DNA from: an uncultured Fidelibacterota bacterium
GTDB lineage: Bacteria; Fidelibacterota; Marinisomatia; Marinisomatales; Marinisomataceae
Assembly: GCA_902629855.1 (NCBI GenBank)
Contig: CACOSI010000003.1
Span: 78,721-142,720 of the forward strand
Length of the DNA stretch: 64,000 nucleotides
Reading direction: 5' to 3'
Each line of letters begins with the position of its first letter. The first letter of the stretch is position 1. The notes under the pieces were generated by a model. That model was not told the DNA's origin, searched no databases, and saw only the letters and a list, made by a program, of their open reading frames with translations. A program made the translations under genes and the position numbers. Shown piece by piece: positions 38,399-49,407 of the stretch.

Positions 38399-39733
38399 AT
38401 GAAAAAATTTATTCTATATATAATATTAATATTGATTACTGTTTCTTCAGCAGATGCACAGTGCAAACGTGGTGAAAAATTAAGAATTACAAATGATGTC
38501 GAAATTAAAATTACAGACTGTAGGGAAGCCACCAGACTTATTTATAATGAAGGTTGGTATCCTTACTCTGTAGAATATGAACAGGAGGATAGATGTCCCC
38601 AATTACTAAGCAGTTCTGCTGAATATTATAGAAGTAGTAATTGGGAGCTAAGTGCCTCATCTTATTCTCAAATGATGGATTTGAGATGCGATCAATGGAA
38701 TTCAGATTTTGTTAATCCTGACGATGTTTACTTATATTGGTCTATAGCTCTTCAAAATCAAGGCAAGTTTGAAGAGTCCGAGTTAGTTTTAATTAAAGGA
38801 TTAGAAGAGTTACCAGATAATACATCTTTGATGGCACGTTTAGCTTACGCATACAAAAAACAGAACAAAATTGATGAAATGATAATTGAATATGAGAGAT
38901 TAATGGATTCAGGTTCTGACGATTTAACATCTCTAATCGACCTTGCAAGGGCTTATGGCCAACAAGGAAGATCTGATGAACAAATCTCTGTATTAAAAAA
39001 GGTTTTAAAAATTGATCCTAATAATTCTTCTGTACAATCTGAATTAGCTAGAGCATATGAAGATTCTGGTGAAGATCCATTGGATATCTTTAAAGCAAGG
39101 TTTGAGGAAAATCCAGATAATGCTTCCTATGCTGTTGAATATGCAGATAAGTTAATGAACAACGGGGATACTTCTGAAGCTATTGATGTTTTAGAGAATA
39201 CTTTGAGCTATAATAGAGATAATAGTATGGTATATATGTCTCTTGGTAAAGCATATAATGATAATTCTGATTTTGAAGATGCAGTTGAGGTTCTTGAAGA
39301 TCTTTTTGAGCTTGACAGAAATAATTTCAGAGTTGCTATGATGGTTTCAGAAAATGGAATTGAAATGGAAGATTTCGAATTAGCATTTGAATGGGCACAA
39401 AAAGCAATGAAAATTTCTAAAAATAATGCCGAATCCTTGGCGCATTTAGGTAATTTGTATTATAAATCAATGCAAACATGTAGAGGTGATAATTTTTCTA
39501 GATCAGATAAAATAGTTGCATCTCTTGCATATGAGTACTTTGGTAAAGCTCAGAAGAAAGGAAATTCAAAATACTTTAAACAGCAGAAGTGGTTAGAAGA
39601 AAATGATGTTTTATTTTCTTACTCTGATTGGTTCATGACGGACAAAGAAATTCAAGCTTCAGGAAAAGTTTCTCCTAGTGGAAGATGTTACGATTGGGTC
39701 TCTGAATCTTTGGCAAAACAATCTGATTGGTAA
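38399..39733 (+). CDS. exported TPR repeat protein
   Basis: Signal peptide and multiple TPR-like helices (LARAY, LKIDPNN, LGKAY). Confidence 0.8.
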   Translation: MKKFILYIILILITVSSADAQCKRGEKLRITNDVEIKITDCREATRLIYNEGWYPYSVEYEQEDRCPQLLSSSAEYYRSSNWELSASSYSQMMDLRCDQWNSDFVNPDDVYLYWSIALQNQGKFEESELVLIKGLEELPDNTSLMARLAYAYKKQNKIDEMIIEYERLMDSGSDDLTSLIDLARAYGQQGRSDEQISVLKKVLKIDPNNSSVQSELARAYEDSGEDPLDIFKARFEENPDNASYAVEYADKLMNNGDTSEAIDVLENTLSYNRDNSMVYMSLGKAYNDNSDFEDAVEVLEDLFELDRNNFRVAMMVSENGIEMEDFELAFEWAQKAMKISKNNAESLAHLGNLYYKSMQTCRGDNFSRSDKIVASLAYEYFGKAQKKGNSKYFKQQKWLEENDVLFSYSDWFMTDKEIQASGKVSPSGRCYDWVSESLAKQSDW

Positions 39734-39734
39734 A

Positions 39735-41027
39735 ATGTCTGTTCTCAAGAAATATGATAAAGAAATCTTTGAAATTATTGGTCGCGAAAAAAGTAGACAA
39801 AATAACTTTCTTGAATTAATAGCTTCTGAGAATTTCACTTCAAAATCCATTCTTGAAGCTACAGGCTCTGAATTAACTAATAAATATGCTGAAGGTTATC
39901 CAGGAAAAAGATATTACGGTGGATGTATCCATGTAGATGAAGCTGAAAATTTAGCTATTAGCAGAGCAAAAGAACTTTTCAAAGCTGATTATGCTAATGT
40001 TCAACCACATTCGGGTTCATCCGCTAATATGGGTGTTTTTCTTGCATTTCTTAACCCAGGCGACTGTATTATGGGTTTAGATCTTAGTCACGGTGGTCAC
40101 TTAACCCACGGTTCAAAAGTAAGTTTTTCTGGACAAATATATAAAGCAGCCACTTTTAGGGTAAAAAAAGATTCTGGTTTGGTTGACTTTGATGATTTAT
40201 TAAAAAAAGCAAAAGAATGTAAACCTAAAATTATAATTTGTGGAGCCAGTGCTTACCCAAGACAGGTTGAATTTGAGAAATTTCGTCAAATTGCAGATGA
40301 AGTTGGCGCTTTTCTCCACGGAGATATTTGCCACAACTCAGGTCTTATTGCTGCAGAAGAGCATCCATCGCCATTTCCTCATTGTCATGTCGTATCAACT
40401 AGCACTCATAAGACTTTAAGAGGTCCAAGAGGAGGTATAATTTTATTAGGAAATGATTATGAAAACCCGTTTGGTTTAGTTGCACCAAAATCAGGAAGAG
40501 TAAAAATGATGTCCGAATTAATCGATGGAGCTGTAATGCCGGGTATACAAGGTGGGCCTCTCATGCACGTAATTGCTGCAAAAGCTGTGGCTTTCAAAGA
40601 AGCTTTAGATTCCTCGTTCAAGAACTATATTAAGAATGTACTTAAAAATGCTAAATGTTTTGCTGATGAGTTCAAAAGCAGAGATTATAATTTAATTTCA
40701 GGAGGAACAGATACACATTTAGTGTTAATAGACCTACAAAATAAAAATATTACTGGAAAAACAGCTGAAATTGCTTTGGATAAAGCTGGAATTACTGCAA
40801 ATAAGAATATGGTTCCTTATGATCCTAAAAGTCCTTTTATTACTAGTGGAATAAGAATAGGTGCTCCAGCTATTACCACTAGAGGAATGGGCACAGATGA
40901 GGTAAAAAATATTGTAAACTTAATAGATATTGTTATCAAAAATCATGAAGATAAAAGTGTAATCAAAAACGTTCGATCACAGGTAAAGGAGCTAACTTCT
41001 GCATTTCCAATCAATGGCAATGAATAA
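39735..41027 (+). CDS. glyA: serine hydroxymethyltransferase
   Basis: [27 protein letters not shown]; start ATG 39735. Confidence 0.98.
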   Translation: MSVLKKYDKEIFEIIGREKSRQNNFLELIASENFTSKSILEATGSELTNKYAEGYPGKRYYGGCIHVDEAENLAISRAKELFKADYANVQPHSGSSANMGVFLAFLNPGDCIMGLDLSHGGHLTHGSKVSFSGQIYKAATFRVKKDSGLVDFDDLLKKAKECKPKIIICGASAYPRQVEFEKFRQIADEVGAFLHGDICHNSGLIAAEEHPSPFPHCHVVSTSTHKTLRGPRGGIILLGNDYENPFGLVAPKSGRVKMMSELIDGAVMPGIQGGPLMHVIAAKAVAFKEALDSSFKNYIKNVLKNAKCFADEFKSRDYNLISGGTDTHLVLIDLQNKNITGKTAEIALDKAGITANKNMVPYDPKSPFITSGIRIGAPAITTRGMGTDEVKNIVNLIDIVIKNHEDKSVIKNVRSQVKELTSAFPINGNE

Positions 41028-41877
41028 GAACTTTCAATCCAAAATTTTTTACATTTTCTTTACTACTATTTTTCTAAACAGTTGTGCAGTCAAAAATGAC
41101 CTCATGGTAGGTTCCGAAATAGTTGAATTCGCATTACCGTTATCTTTTGAATCTCAAAAAAGAAAAATTCAAAAAAATCCTAATAATCAGTTATTCTATT
41201 TAAATGCTGCTAAAAGTAGAGTACAGTTTGCATATGGAATTTTAATTGAAAAAGCTGATCGATTAATGTTTGAAGATTACTATAAGTCAAGAGAATACTA
41301 CAATGAATCTTTAGAGCTTTTTATGATTTCAAAAAATTATTTATTAATTGCTCTTGAGTTAAGACACAGTGACTTTGTTGATAAGATGAAAAATAAAAAA
41401 CAAATTGATTTTGATGAAAAAGATATAGACTATTTATATTGGTTGAGTGGATCAATGGCTGGCACCATCCAGGCGAGTCAGGGAGATCCTAGATATTTAG
41501 TAGATCTATCAAATATTAAGTGGTTAATTGAGAATGCCTATAGTATAAATCCTGATTGGGAGAATGGTTCATTGCACGCTGCGATGATGAGTGTCTATTT
41601 AAATGATCTAAGCGGAAACAAAAATTCAGAAAAATTAGCACTAGAATTTTTTGACAAAGCTGAAAAGGCTGCACAAGGCTTGAATGCATCTATTTATGTT
41701 ACTCTTGCAGAAAATTATGCGGTATCAAAGCAGGACAAAAAGTTTTTTCTCGAGCTTTTAGAGCAAGCAATTAGTATTGATTTAAATAAAAATAAAAAGT
41801 TAAAACAGTCTAATAGACTAGCTCAATCAAGGGCAAAATGGTTAATTACACGAGTAGATGAACTTTTTTATATGTAA
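41020..41877 (+). CDS. TRAP transporter TatT component (helical lipoprotein)
   Basis: Lipobox LNSC, QFAYG, YLYW, AENYA, N..AQ.RA.WL....DELF; directly upstream of dctP. Confidence 0.72.
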   Translation: MNKNFQSKIFYIFFTTIFLNSCAVKNDLMVGSEIVEFALPLSFESQKRKIQKNPNNQLFYLNAAKSRVQFAYGILIEKADRLMFEDYYKSREYYNESLELFMISKNYLLIALELRHSDFVDKMKNKKQIDFDEKDIDYLYWLSGSMAGTIQASQGDPRYLVDLSNIKWLIENAYSINPDWENGSLHAAMMSVYLNDLSGNKNSEKLALEFFDKAEKAAQGLNASIYVTLAENYAVSKQDKKFFLELLEQAISIDLNKNKKLKQSNRLAQSRAKWLITRVDELFYM

Positions 41878-41886
41878 ATTATTTAA

Positions 41887-42864
41887 ATGAAGACATTTAA
41901 ATCTTTTCTGTTGCTGTTGATTTTTACATCATTTGTTTTTTCAAGGCCAATTATTATTAAACTCGCTACTGTTGCTCCAGAGGGAACTGAATATTACAAT
42001 TTATTGTTTGAAATGGGGCAAAGATGGCAACAAGAAACTAATGGACAAGTTCAATTAAGAATATATCCTAATGGAGTTGTTGGAGGGGAAAGAGACACAA
42101 TAAGAAAAATGCGCGTTGGTCAGATTCAAGCTTCTGCAATGTCATCTATTGGTTTAGCCGAATTAACCGATCAAATTCAAGCTTTTACATTACCGATGGG
42201 ATTCAAGACCTATGATGAAGTTGATAAAGTTAAGGATGTTATGTTTAATGATATTTCTGAAGGTTTATCTCAGAGTGGTTTTAAACTTCTTTTTTTAGTG
42301 GATATCGGCTGGGTTTATTGGTTTTCAAGTAAAGAAATTTCAGTACCTCAAGATTTAAAGGATGCAAAGATATACACAACTGCAGGAGACTATGTAACTG
42401 TTGAATTATTCAGAAAATTTGGTTTTAATGCTGTCCCTGTATCTGAAACTGATATATTAACATCTTTACAAACTGGGATGATAAATAGCATGCAAACAGT
42501 ACCAATTTTATCTCTGAGTTCTGGTTGGTCAGCCTTAATGCCAAATATGTTAGATTTAAAATGGGGAGCATTTGTGGGAGCTGTTATTGTTGATGAAAGA
42601 GTTTGGAGAAAAATTAAACCTGAGTATCAGAAGATAATGATGGATATTGCGCAAGATATTGGTAAAAAATATCAACAAACTGGAAGAGAAACTGAAAAAA
42701 AAGCAATTGAAGCGATGAAATCTTATGGGATGAATATTATTACTCCAACTGATGAAGAAATTAAAATCTGGGATGAATTCAAAGATGAAATTACGCCTGA
42801 TGTGATTGATACTTTTTTATCAGTAGATATTTACAATAAAGTTGTAGATGCAATAAATGAATGA
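41887..42864 (+). CDS. dctP: TRAP substrate-binding protein
   Basis: IKLATVAPEGT, IYPNGVVGGE, KMRVGQ, SLQTGMI. Confidence 0.9.
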   Translation: MKTFKSFLLLLIFTSFVFSRPIIIKLATVAPEGTEYYNLLFEMGQRWQQETNGQVQLRIYPNGVVGGERDTIRKMRVGQIQASAMSSIGLAELTDQIQAFTLPMGFKTYDEVDKVKDVMFNDISEGLSQSGFKLLFLVDIGWVYWFSSKEISVPQDLKDAKIYTTAGDYVTVELFRKFGFNAVPVSETDILTSLQTGMINSMQTVPILSLSSGWSALMPNMLDLKWGAFVGAVIVDERVWRKIKPEYQKIMMDIAQDIGKKYQQTGRETEKKAIEAMKSYGMNIITPTDEEIKIWDEFKDEITPDVIDTFLSVDIYNKVVDAINE

Positions 42865-44653
42865 TTATATAAATAGGTTTGTTAACTATCTTTGTTACTT
42901 TCTCTTTTTTATCATTGTAACATTTCCAGTAATTCAAATTTTATCTAGGTTCTCAAATTTCTTTTCAATACCGGCTTCGCAAGAAATTGTTCAACATATG
43001 ACGCTTTGGATTGGTTTTGTAGGCGCAGTCATAGCTGCACGATCAAATAAATTATTATCAATTGTAAGAGAACCAGTTTTTGATTCCTCTTCAGAATTCA
43101 AATTATCAAAATTTTTAGTTCATATTTTTTCATGTTCTGTAGTTTTTATACTATCCGTTTCTTATCTCAAAATGATTCAAATTAGTTTTCAATATCCAGA
43201 TTATATAGCTCCTTTTATACCATTATGGTTTGCTCAAAGTATTATTCCTCTAGGTTTAATGCTTATATGGTACCAGTTGATAATGACAAGCAGTAGTAAT
43301 TTTAAGTTGAGAACAATTATTTCTTTATTGTCAATTCTTCCGGCCATCATTCTAATATATTGGCAATTTCCTCTTTCAAGCCCGTTTTTATTATGGATGA
43401 AAGTTATTTTTGCAATATCATTACTTGCTTTTGGATTACCGATATTTATTCTACTTGCAGCTCTAGCAATTTTTTTCTTTTTATCAGAACCGAGTGAATG
43501 GGCAACAAACTTTGATTTGATATCAACTATTAGTGATAGTGCTTACAGAATTGTAGTTTCACCAACTTTGGCAGCTATTCCAATTTTTACCCTTGCAGGT
43601 TATCTTTTAGCAGAAAGTAATATATCAGAAAGATTACTTCATTTTTTTAAGTCATGTTTAGGTTGGATACCAGGATCTACTGTTTTAATAGTTGTATTAT
43701 TATGTGCTTTTTTCACAGCTTTAACAGGAGGATCGGGTGTAACTATACTTGCATTAGGCGCAATTCTTTATCCAATATTAATTGAGGATGGCTATTCAAA
43801 AAAATTTTCCTTAGGTTTAATAACAACTGCTGGTTCCATAGGTTTACTTTTTCCACCAAGTTTACCAGCAATCATATATTCTGTGACTGCTGGAATAAAT
43901 CCTTTAGACTTATTTAAACAGGGATTTCTACCCGCAGTATTTCTTTTATTAGTTGTTTTTGTCTACGGTTTACAATCAAAGTCATTTTCATCAAATAAGC
44001 ATGCATTCAACTTCAAAAGTGCTGTTAAATCTATAAAAGAAGCAAGCTGGGAAATTATTATTCCAATTTTAATAATAGCTAGTCTTTTTAGTGGTTTTGC
44101 AACATTGGTAGAGTGTGCAGCGCTATTAGTTTTTTATGTTGTACTCGTTGAAGTTGTCGTTTATAAAGATATCACATTTGAAGAAATTCCAAAAATCATA
44201 ATTAATTGTTCAACTTTAGTTGGAGGTGTATTAATTATTTTAGGGTTTGCAATGGGTTTTACTGGATATTTAGTAGATGCACAAGTTCCTTTAAAGATTC
44301 TACACTTTGTTCAAAGTTCAATATCTTCAAAAATTATTTTTCTACTAGCTTTGAATATTTTGTTATTAATTATTGGATGCATAATGGACGTTTTTTCAGC
44401 TATTATTGTTGTAGTGCCACTCATTGCACCCTTGGCAAGTTACTTTGGAATTGATCCGATTCATCTCGCAATAATATTTATTGCTAACTTAGAATTAGGA
44501 TATATTACCCCTCCAGTTGGAATGAATTTATATTTGTCTTCCTACAGATTTGAAAAGGATATGCCTACAATTTATGCTGCAACCTTGCCTTTCTTTTTTA
44601 TAAGATTAATTGGAGTTTTAATGATTACATATATTCCTTTGTTCTTTTACTGA
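42857..44653 (+). CDS. fused TRAP small and large permease (DctQM)
   Basis: N-terminal DctQ-like helices, AIPIF, GLLFPPS, GYITPPVGMNL. Confidence 0.9.
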   Translation: MNDYINRFVNYLCYFLFFIIVTFPVIQILSRFSNFFSIPASQEIVQHMTLWIGFVGAVIAARSNKLLSIVREPVFDSSSEFKLSKFLVHIFSCSVVFILSVSYLKMIQISFQYPDYIAPFIPLWFAQSIIPLGLMLIWYQLIMTSSSNFKLRTIISLLSILPAIILIYWQFPLSSPFLLWMKVIFAISLLAFGLPIFILLAALAIFFFLSEPSEWATNFDLISTISDSAYRIVVSPTLAAIPIFTLAGYLLAESNISERLLHFFKSCLGWIPGSTVLIVVLLCAFFTALTGGSGVTILALGAILYPILIEDGYSKKFSLGLITTAGSIGLLFPPSLPAIIYSVTAGINPLDLFKQGFLPAVFLLLVVFVYGLQSKSFSSNKHAFNFKSAVKSIKEASWEIIIPILIIASLFSGFATLVECAALLVFYVVLVEVVVYKDITFEEIPKIIINCSTLVGGVLIILGFAMGFTGYLVDAQVPLKILHFVQSSISSKIIFLLALNILLLIIGCIMDVFSAIIVVVPLIAPLASYFGIDPIHLAIIFIANLELGYITPPVGMNLYLSSYRFEKDMPTIYAATLPFFFIRLIGVLMITYIPLFFY

Positions 44654-44676
44654 TTTATAATTATCTTTATTGTATT

Positions 44677-45612
44677 ATGAGAACAAAACACTTAATTCTA
44701 TCAATAATTTTAATGTCACAATTAGCCCTAGCCCAAGGTCAAGCTGGTTCTTTGTTTTTGACAATCAATCCAGGTGCCAGAGCAAACGCAATGGGTGAGG
44801 CTCAAATTGGTGTAGCTAACGATGTTTATGCTACTTACTATAATCCAGCTGGTCTAATGAATCTTTCTAGCAGAGAATTTTCATTTATGCATACTAGCTA
44901 TTTACCAAACCTTGTGGATGATATGTCATATGACTTTCTTACATTTGCTATGCCTTTTCAAGAGGGAAAAGCATTAGGTGGTCATTTCACATATTTAAAC
45001 CTTGGCGATCAAGTTAGTACCGATATTAATGGGAATGAATTAGGATCTTTTTCAAGCTACATGTATGCTCTAAATCTTTCCTATGCTCAAAAAATTGATG
45101 AAACTTCTTCGTTTGGTGTTAATGGTAAATACTTCTATCAAGAATTAGCGGTAATTAATAGTCTAGACGCTTCTGCCGGAAGCTTCGCTGTAGATATTGG
45201 TTATTTCAAGCATAATGCAATGGATAACCCAAATCTAAAATTAGGTGCTGTACTAACAAATCTTGGTCCAGGAGTAAGTTTTGATGATGGTGAAGAAGAT
45301 CCTTTACCAACAAGACTTGGACTAGGAATATCATATCTCGCATTAGAAGGATTAATTAATGTTGCGGCTGATTTAAATTATGAATTAAATGACCAGACAA
45401 TTGTTACAAACTTTGGAGCAGAATATTTCCTTGTTGAGAATTTTTCACTTAGGGCAGGATTCATGAGTGATCCATCTGGAGATCTTAACTATACAACTGT
45501 TGGTTTAGGAGCCGATCTAGGGACGATAGGATTTGACGTTAGCTATGTAATGGGTGGTGATCTTGATCCACATTCTGATATGGTCAGATTCTCATTAAGT
45601 GGTTCGCTCTAG
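44677..45612 (+). CDS. PorV/PorQ-family outer membrane barrel
   Basis: FLTINPGARANAMGEA, YYNPAGL, LPTRLGLG, LRAGF. Confidence 0.8.
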   Translation: MRTKHLILSIILMSQLALAQGQAGSLFLTINPGARANAMGEAQIGVANDVYATYYNPAGLMNLSSREFSFMHTSYLPNLVDDMSYDFLTFAMPFQEGKALGGHFTYLNLGDQVSTDINGNELGSFSSYMYALNLSYAQKIDETSSFGVNGKYFYQELAVINSLDASAGSFAVDIGYFKHNAMDNPNLKLGAVLTNLGPGVSFDDGEEDPLPTRLGLGISYLALEGLINVAADLNYELNDQTIVTNFGAEYFLVENFSLRAGFMSDPSGDLNYTTVGLGADLGTIGFDVSYVMGGDLDPHSDMVRFSLSGSL

Positions 45613-45645
45613 AAATCATCAACAAAGTAGAGGTCATTCATTAGT

Positions 45646-46386
45646 ATGAGAATTTATGCCTTACTATCAGTTTTTATTATTGGTTGTGGTATTTCAAATC
45701 CTTTCGATGATAATATTCCTTACAAGACAAGATTTGATGATGGTTTATCCTTTTTTGAAGATGAAAAATATGTAAAAGCATCACAAGAATTTAATATAAT
45801 AGTTGAAAGGGCCTCTCATACTGACCTCGGAGATGATGCCTTATTTTTTCTTGCAGAGTCTTATTTTCTTAATAAAGATTACGATTTAGCCTTAATAGAA
45901 TTTGAAAAGCTTGTTTCTAGAATGGGTTTTAGTCCATATATTGAAAAATCTAGATGGAGAATATGTGAAACATTAATGTTTTTATCTCCAAACTATTATC
46001 ATGACCAGGATTCTAGCCAAAAAGCAATTGCACAAATTCAGGATTTTTTAGATGATTATCCTAATTCGGAACATTCTAAAGACGCAGACAGTCTTATCGC
46101 AGAGTTAAGAAATAGGCTTGCTGAAAAAAATATGGAAACAGGTAAGCTTTATTTCAAGCTTAAAGCTTACGACTCTGCAATTGTATCATATGAAATTGTT
46201 ATAAATGAATATTACGATTCAAGTTTTGTAAAAAAAGCAAATTTGGAAGTAATAAGATGCCTAGTTTTACAAGGAAAATCAACTGAAGCAAACGATTATT
46301 TAAAAAATATTGAAAACACGAATCAGTCTTTTGTTGATGAAAGTTTTAAAGAAGAAGCTTTAAACATTATAAAAGAAAACTCTTAA
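45646..46386 (+). CDS. bamD: outer membrane assembly lipoprotein BamD
   Basis: Lipobox IIGC, TPRs, DQ....AI..IQ.F...YPNS, LAEK. Confidence 0.85.
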   Translation: MRIYALLSVFIIGCGISNPFDDNIPYKTRFDDGLSFFEDEKYVKASQEFNIIVERASHTDLGDDALFFLAESYFLNKDYDLALIEFEKLVSRMGFSPYIEKSRWRICETLMFLSPNYYHDQDSSQKAIAQIQDFLDDYPNSEHSKDADSLIAELRNRLAEKNMETGKLYFKLKAYDSAIVSYEIVINEYYDSSFVKKANLEVIRCLVLQGKSTEANDYLKNIENTNQSFVDESFKEEALNIIKENS

Positions 46387-46393
46387 GAAAAAA

Positions 46394-46975
46394 ATGAAAA
46401 CATGTATTTTTGGAGGAACTTTTGACCCACCACATATTGGTCATTTGTTAATTGCTCAGACAATTATTGAGTCGGAAAATTTTGATCGTCTAATTTTTTT
46501 ACCTGCATTTTTATCACCAATTAAACAAGGAAGAAAAATATCTCCACCAGAAAAAAGATTAAAAATGTTAAATATGGCTCTATTAAATAACGATAACTTT
46601 GAAATTTCCGATTTTGAAATAAAGAAAGGGGATATTAGCTATACAGTTGATTCGATAGAATATTTTAGTATTGTCAAAAAGATTCAAAAGAAAGATTTAT
46701 ATTTTTTGATGGGTAGTGATACTTTGATGGACTTCCATAATTGGAAAAATCCAAAAAAAATACTTGAAATGTGTAATATTATTGTCGCAACTAGACCTGG
46801 CTTTACTCCAAGCAATATTCCTCAATGGGTTCTAGACAAAGTGCACTTTGCAAATATTCCTCAATTCGAAATCTCTTCAACGAATATTAGAGCTAGGTGG
46901 AGAGAGGATAAAACAATTAGATATATGGTTACAAAAGAAGTTTGGGATTTTATTAACAAAGATGGACTATACTAA
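46394..46975 (+). CDS. nadD: nicotinate-nucleotide adenylyltransferase
   Basis: FGGTFDPPHIGH, SYT, ISSTNIR. Confidence 0.95.
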   Translation: MKTCIFGGTFDPPHIGHLLIAQTIIESENFDRLIFLPAFLSPIKQGRKISPPEKRLKMLNMALLNNDNFEISDFEIKKGDISYTVDSIEYFSIVKKIQKKDLYFLMGSDTLMDFHNWKNPKKILEMCNIIVATRPGFTPSNIPQWVLDKVHFANIPQFEISSTNIRARWREDKTIRYMVTKEVWDFINKDGLY

Positions 46976-47904
46976 TGTTTTCAAGCCTATTTTTTCTAAT
47001 AATTGGATCCTTAGGTTTGTATTTTGGTTCTGAATGGCTCATAAACGGCGCAAAAGACCTTGCTAAGGCTTTAAAAGTATCTGACTTAGTAATTGGCTTA
47101 ACAATTGTATCTATTGGCACATCATTCCCTGAATTAGTTGTAGGTTTGATAAGCGCATTCCAAGGATATACTGATTTTGTTATTGGTAATGTTTTGGGCT
47201 CAAATATAGCAAATATTGGGCTAGCCATTGGACTGCCAGCATTAATATTTAAAATTGAATTTGACTTTAAAAATGCAATAGCTCCTTTTTTATATAATTT
47301 ACTTGCATGTGCAATGCTTTATTTCATTTTATTAGATAATGAAATTGTTGTTTATGAAGCTCAAGCTCTCTTGATGGTATTTTTAATATACATAATTGCA
47401 AGCTTTATGAGACCCAACATAACATCATGTGATGGTGAACTTGAAAATAAAATAATTTCTCCATTACATATTTCAGTATTAAGGATAATAACTGGATCAG
47501 TTATTCTTTATGCTGGTTCTGAGTTATTTGTATCAAATGGTGCAGTGCCTTTAGTAGAAACATTTGGTTTTAATGAAAAGTCCATCGGTATGACTGTTGT
47601 TGCAATAGGAACATCATTACCTGAATTATTTGTCACTATTATGGCACTTTCGAAAAAGGAGGTAGGTATTTCTCTTGGAAATATAATTGGATCAAATATA
47701 TTTAATATTTTGTTTGTTCTATCAACAATCGCCTTAGTATCTCCAATTGAAACAAGTGGAGCAGTATTCGAGTTATTTTTAGGAGTTGGTTTTTTATTAT
47801 CTTTAATGATTTTTATTTATTTTCAAAGAGGATTGAATAAAGCTTCTGCAAGTTTACTATTGATTGCATACATGATTTTCATCTACATACAATTCTATGG
47901 TTGA
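46975..47904 (+). CDS. calcium/sodium antiporter (YrbG family)
   Basis: Twin alpha repeats GTSFPE and GTSLPE, GNVLGSN and GNIIGSN. Confidence 0.92.
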   Translation: MFSSLFFLIIGSLGLYFGSEWLINGAKDLAKALKVSDLVIGLTIVSIGTSFPELVVGLISAFQGYTDFVIGNVLGSNIANIGLAIGLPALIFKIEFDFKNAIAPFLYNLLACAMLYFILLDNEIVVYEAQALLMVFLIYIIASFMRPNITSCDGELENKIISPLHISVLRIITGSVILYAGSELFVSNGAVPLVETFGFNEKSIGMTVVAIGTSLPELFVTIMALSKKEVGISLGNIIGSNIFNILFVLSTIALVSPIETSGAVFELFLGVGFLLSLMIFIYFQRGLNKASASLLLIAYMIFIYIQFYG

Positions 47905-48550
47905 GCTAGAAAACACTAGTTTTAATTACAATAAGGATTCAGGAATTTTCGATATAAATCTTAATATTAAAGATGGTGAATTTTGTTTTCTTGTTGGGCC
48001 AACAGGTTCAGGAAAATCAAGTCTTTTGAAGTTAATATATTTTGATTTAATTCCTGATGATGGTAATGTTAAAGTCTTAGGTTTTTCTTCAAAAAAAACA
48101 AAAAAGAAAAGCATTCATAAACTAAGAAAAAAGATTGGTGTCATCTTTCAAGATTATAAATTGCTTAATCAAAGAACTGTTTATGAAAATATAGCACTTC
48201 CACTTCATATCAATGGTCTTGGAAGAAGTAAAATTAATCCATTGGTAGAAGAGGCCCTTGAATTAACAGATTTGCTAGAATATAAAAATAAATATCCATC
48301 TCAATTATCTGGAGGAGAACAACAAAGAGTTTGTATTGCAAGAGCAATAGTAAAAAATCCTGATATCATACTAGCGGACGAACCAACTGGAAATTTGGAC
48401 CCTACTGCAGCTTACAAAATACTCAAAATTCTTGAGCAAATTAATAAGGAAGGTACTACTGTAATAATGGCTACTCACAATTATAAATTGATTTCAGAAA
48501 AAGAATATAGAGTTATAGAACTCAATGAAGGGGAGTTAATAAGTAAATGA
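47897..48550 (+). CDS. ftsE: cell division ATP-binding protein FtsE
   Basis: GPTGSGKS, IFQDYKLL, LSGGEQQRV, ADEPTGNLD. Confidence 0.92.
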   Translation: MVELENTSFNYNKDSGIFDINLNIKDGEFCFLVGPTGSGKSSLLKLIYFDLIPDDGNVKVLGFSSKKTKKKSIHKLRKKIGVIFQDYKLLNQRTVYENIALPLHINGLGRSKINPLVEEALELTDLLEYKNKYPSQLSGGEQQRVCIARAIVKNPDIILADEPTGNLDPTAAYKILKILEQINKEGTTVIMATHNYKLISEKEYRVIELNEGELISK

Positions 48551-49407
48551 TTGATCAGTTAGCTTTCTTAATTTCAGAGGGATTCAAAAATTTTTTTAGA
48601 AATAAAATTATCAGCTTTTTATGTATTTTAACTATTTTTATAAACTTTTCTTTTTTGGGTTCTCTCTTTGTAATCGGCTACAATACTTCTTCACTGGTAG
48701 ATTTTTTTCGTTCAAAGTATAGTTTTGAAGTCTTTTTTGTTGAAAATGTTGATGAAATATCATATCAAAAAATAATTGATGACCTTGAAAATAAAAATAT
48801 AATATCCTCAATTAATCTTATTGATAAGCAAGAATCAGCTAAAATTTTTAAACAAGAATTTGGGGAAGATGTTGTTGAAATGTTAGGATATAATCCTCTA
48901 CCAATATCTCTGAAGGTTTTCCTAAATGAAAATGATTTTGAATTCGATGTAGTTGATTCATTAATTAAAAATATACAATCAATCGACATTGTTGATGAGG
49001 TAGAATATAGAGGAAAGTATATTGACAGTATTGAGGATAGAATAAATTTAGCAATATTTATCTTTATTATTTTTGTCGTAGCAATTATTTTTCTTTCATT
49101 TCAAATAATTTCTAATACGGTTCGATTATCACTGGCAAGTAGAAAAGACTTCATACAGATTTTGAAATACAATGGAGCTTCAACTCTTTTTATTAAAATT
49201 CCCTTTTTCATTGAATCTTTAATTAACGCAATAATTGGAAGTGCTTTTTCGTATTATTTCGTTAAATATTTATTCATTTTAATAAATTCTTACTTTGATT
49301 TAACAATACAAATTGATAATAATTTATGGATTTGGATTATTGGATTTTCTTCAATAATCGGTTTATATTCATCGAATAATTCAATGAAGAGAAATTTGAA
49401 TGAATAA
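48547..49407 (+). CDS. ftsX: cell division permease FtsX
   Basis: YNPLP, ISNTVRL, GAS..FIKIPF; follows ftsE. Confidence 0.88.
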   Translation: MIDQLAFLISEGFKNFFRNKIISFLCILTIFINFSFLGSLFVIGYNTSSLVDFFRSKYSFEVFFVENVDEISYQKIIDDLENKNIISSINLIDKQESAKIFKQEFGEDVVEMLGYNPLPISLKVFLNENDFEFDVVDSLIKNIQSIDIVDEVEYRGKYIDSIEDRINLAIFIFIIFVVAIIFLSFQIISNTVRLSLASRKDFIQILKYNGASTLFIKIPFFIESLINAIIGSAFSYYFVKYLFILINSYFDLTIQIDNNLWIWIIGFSSIIGLYSSNNSMKRNLNE

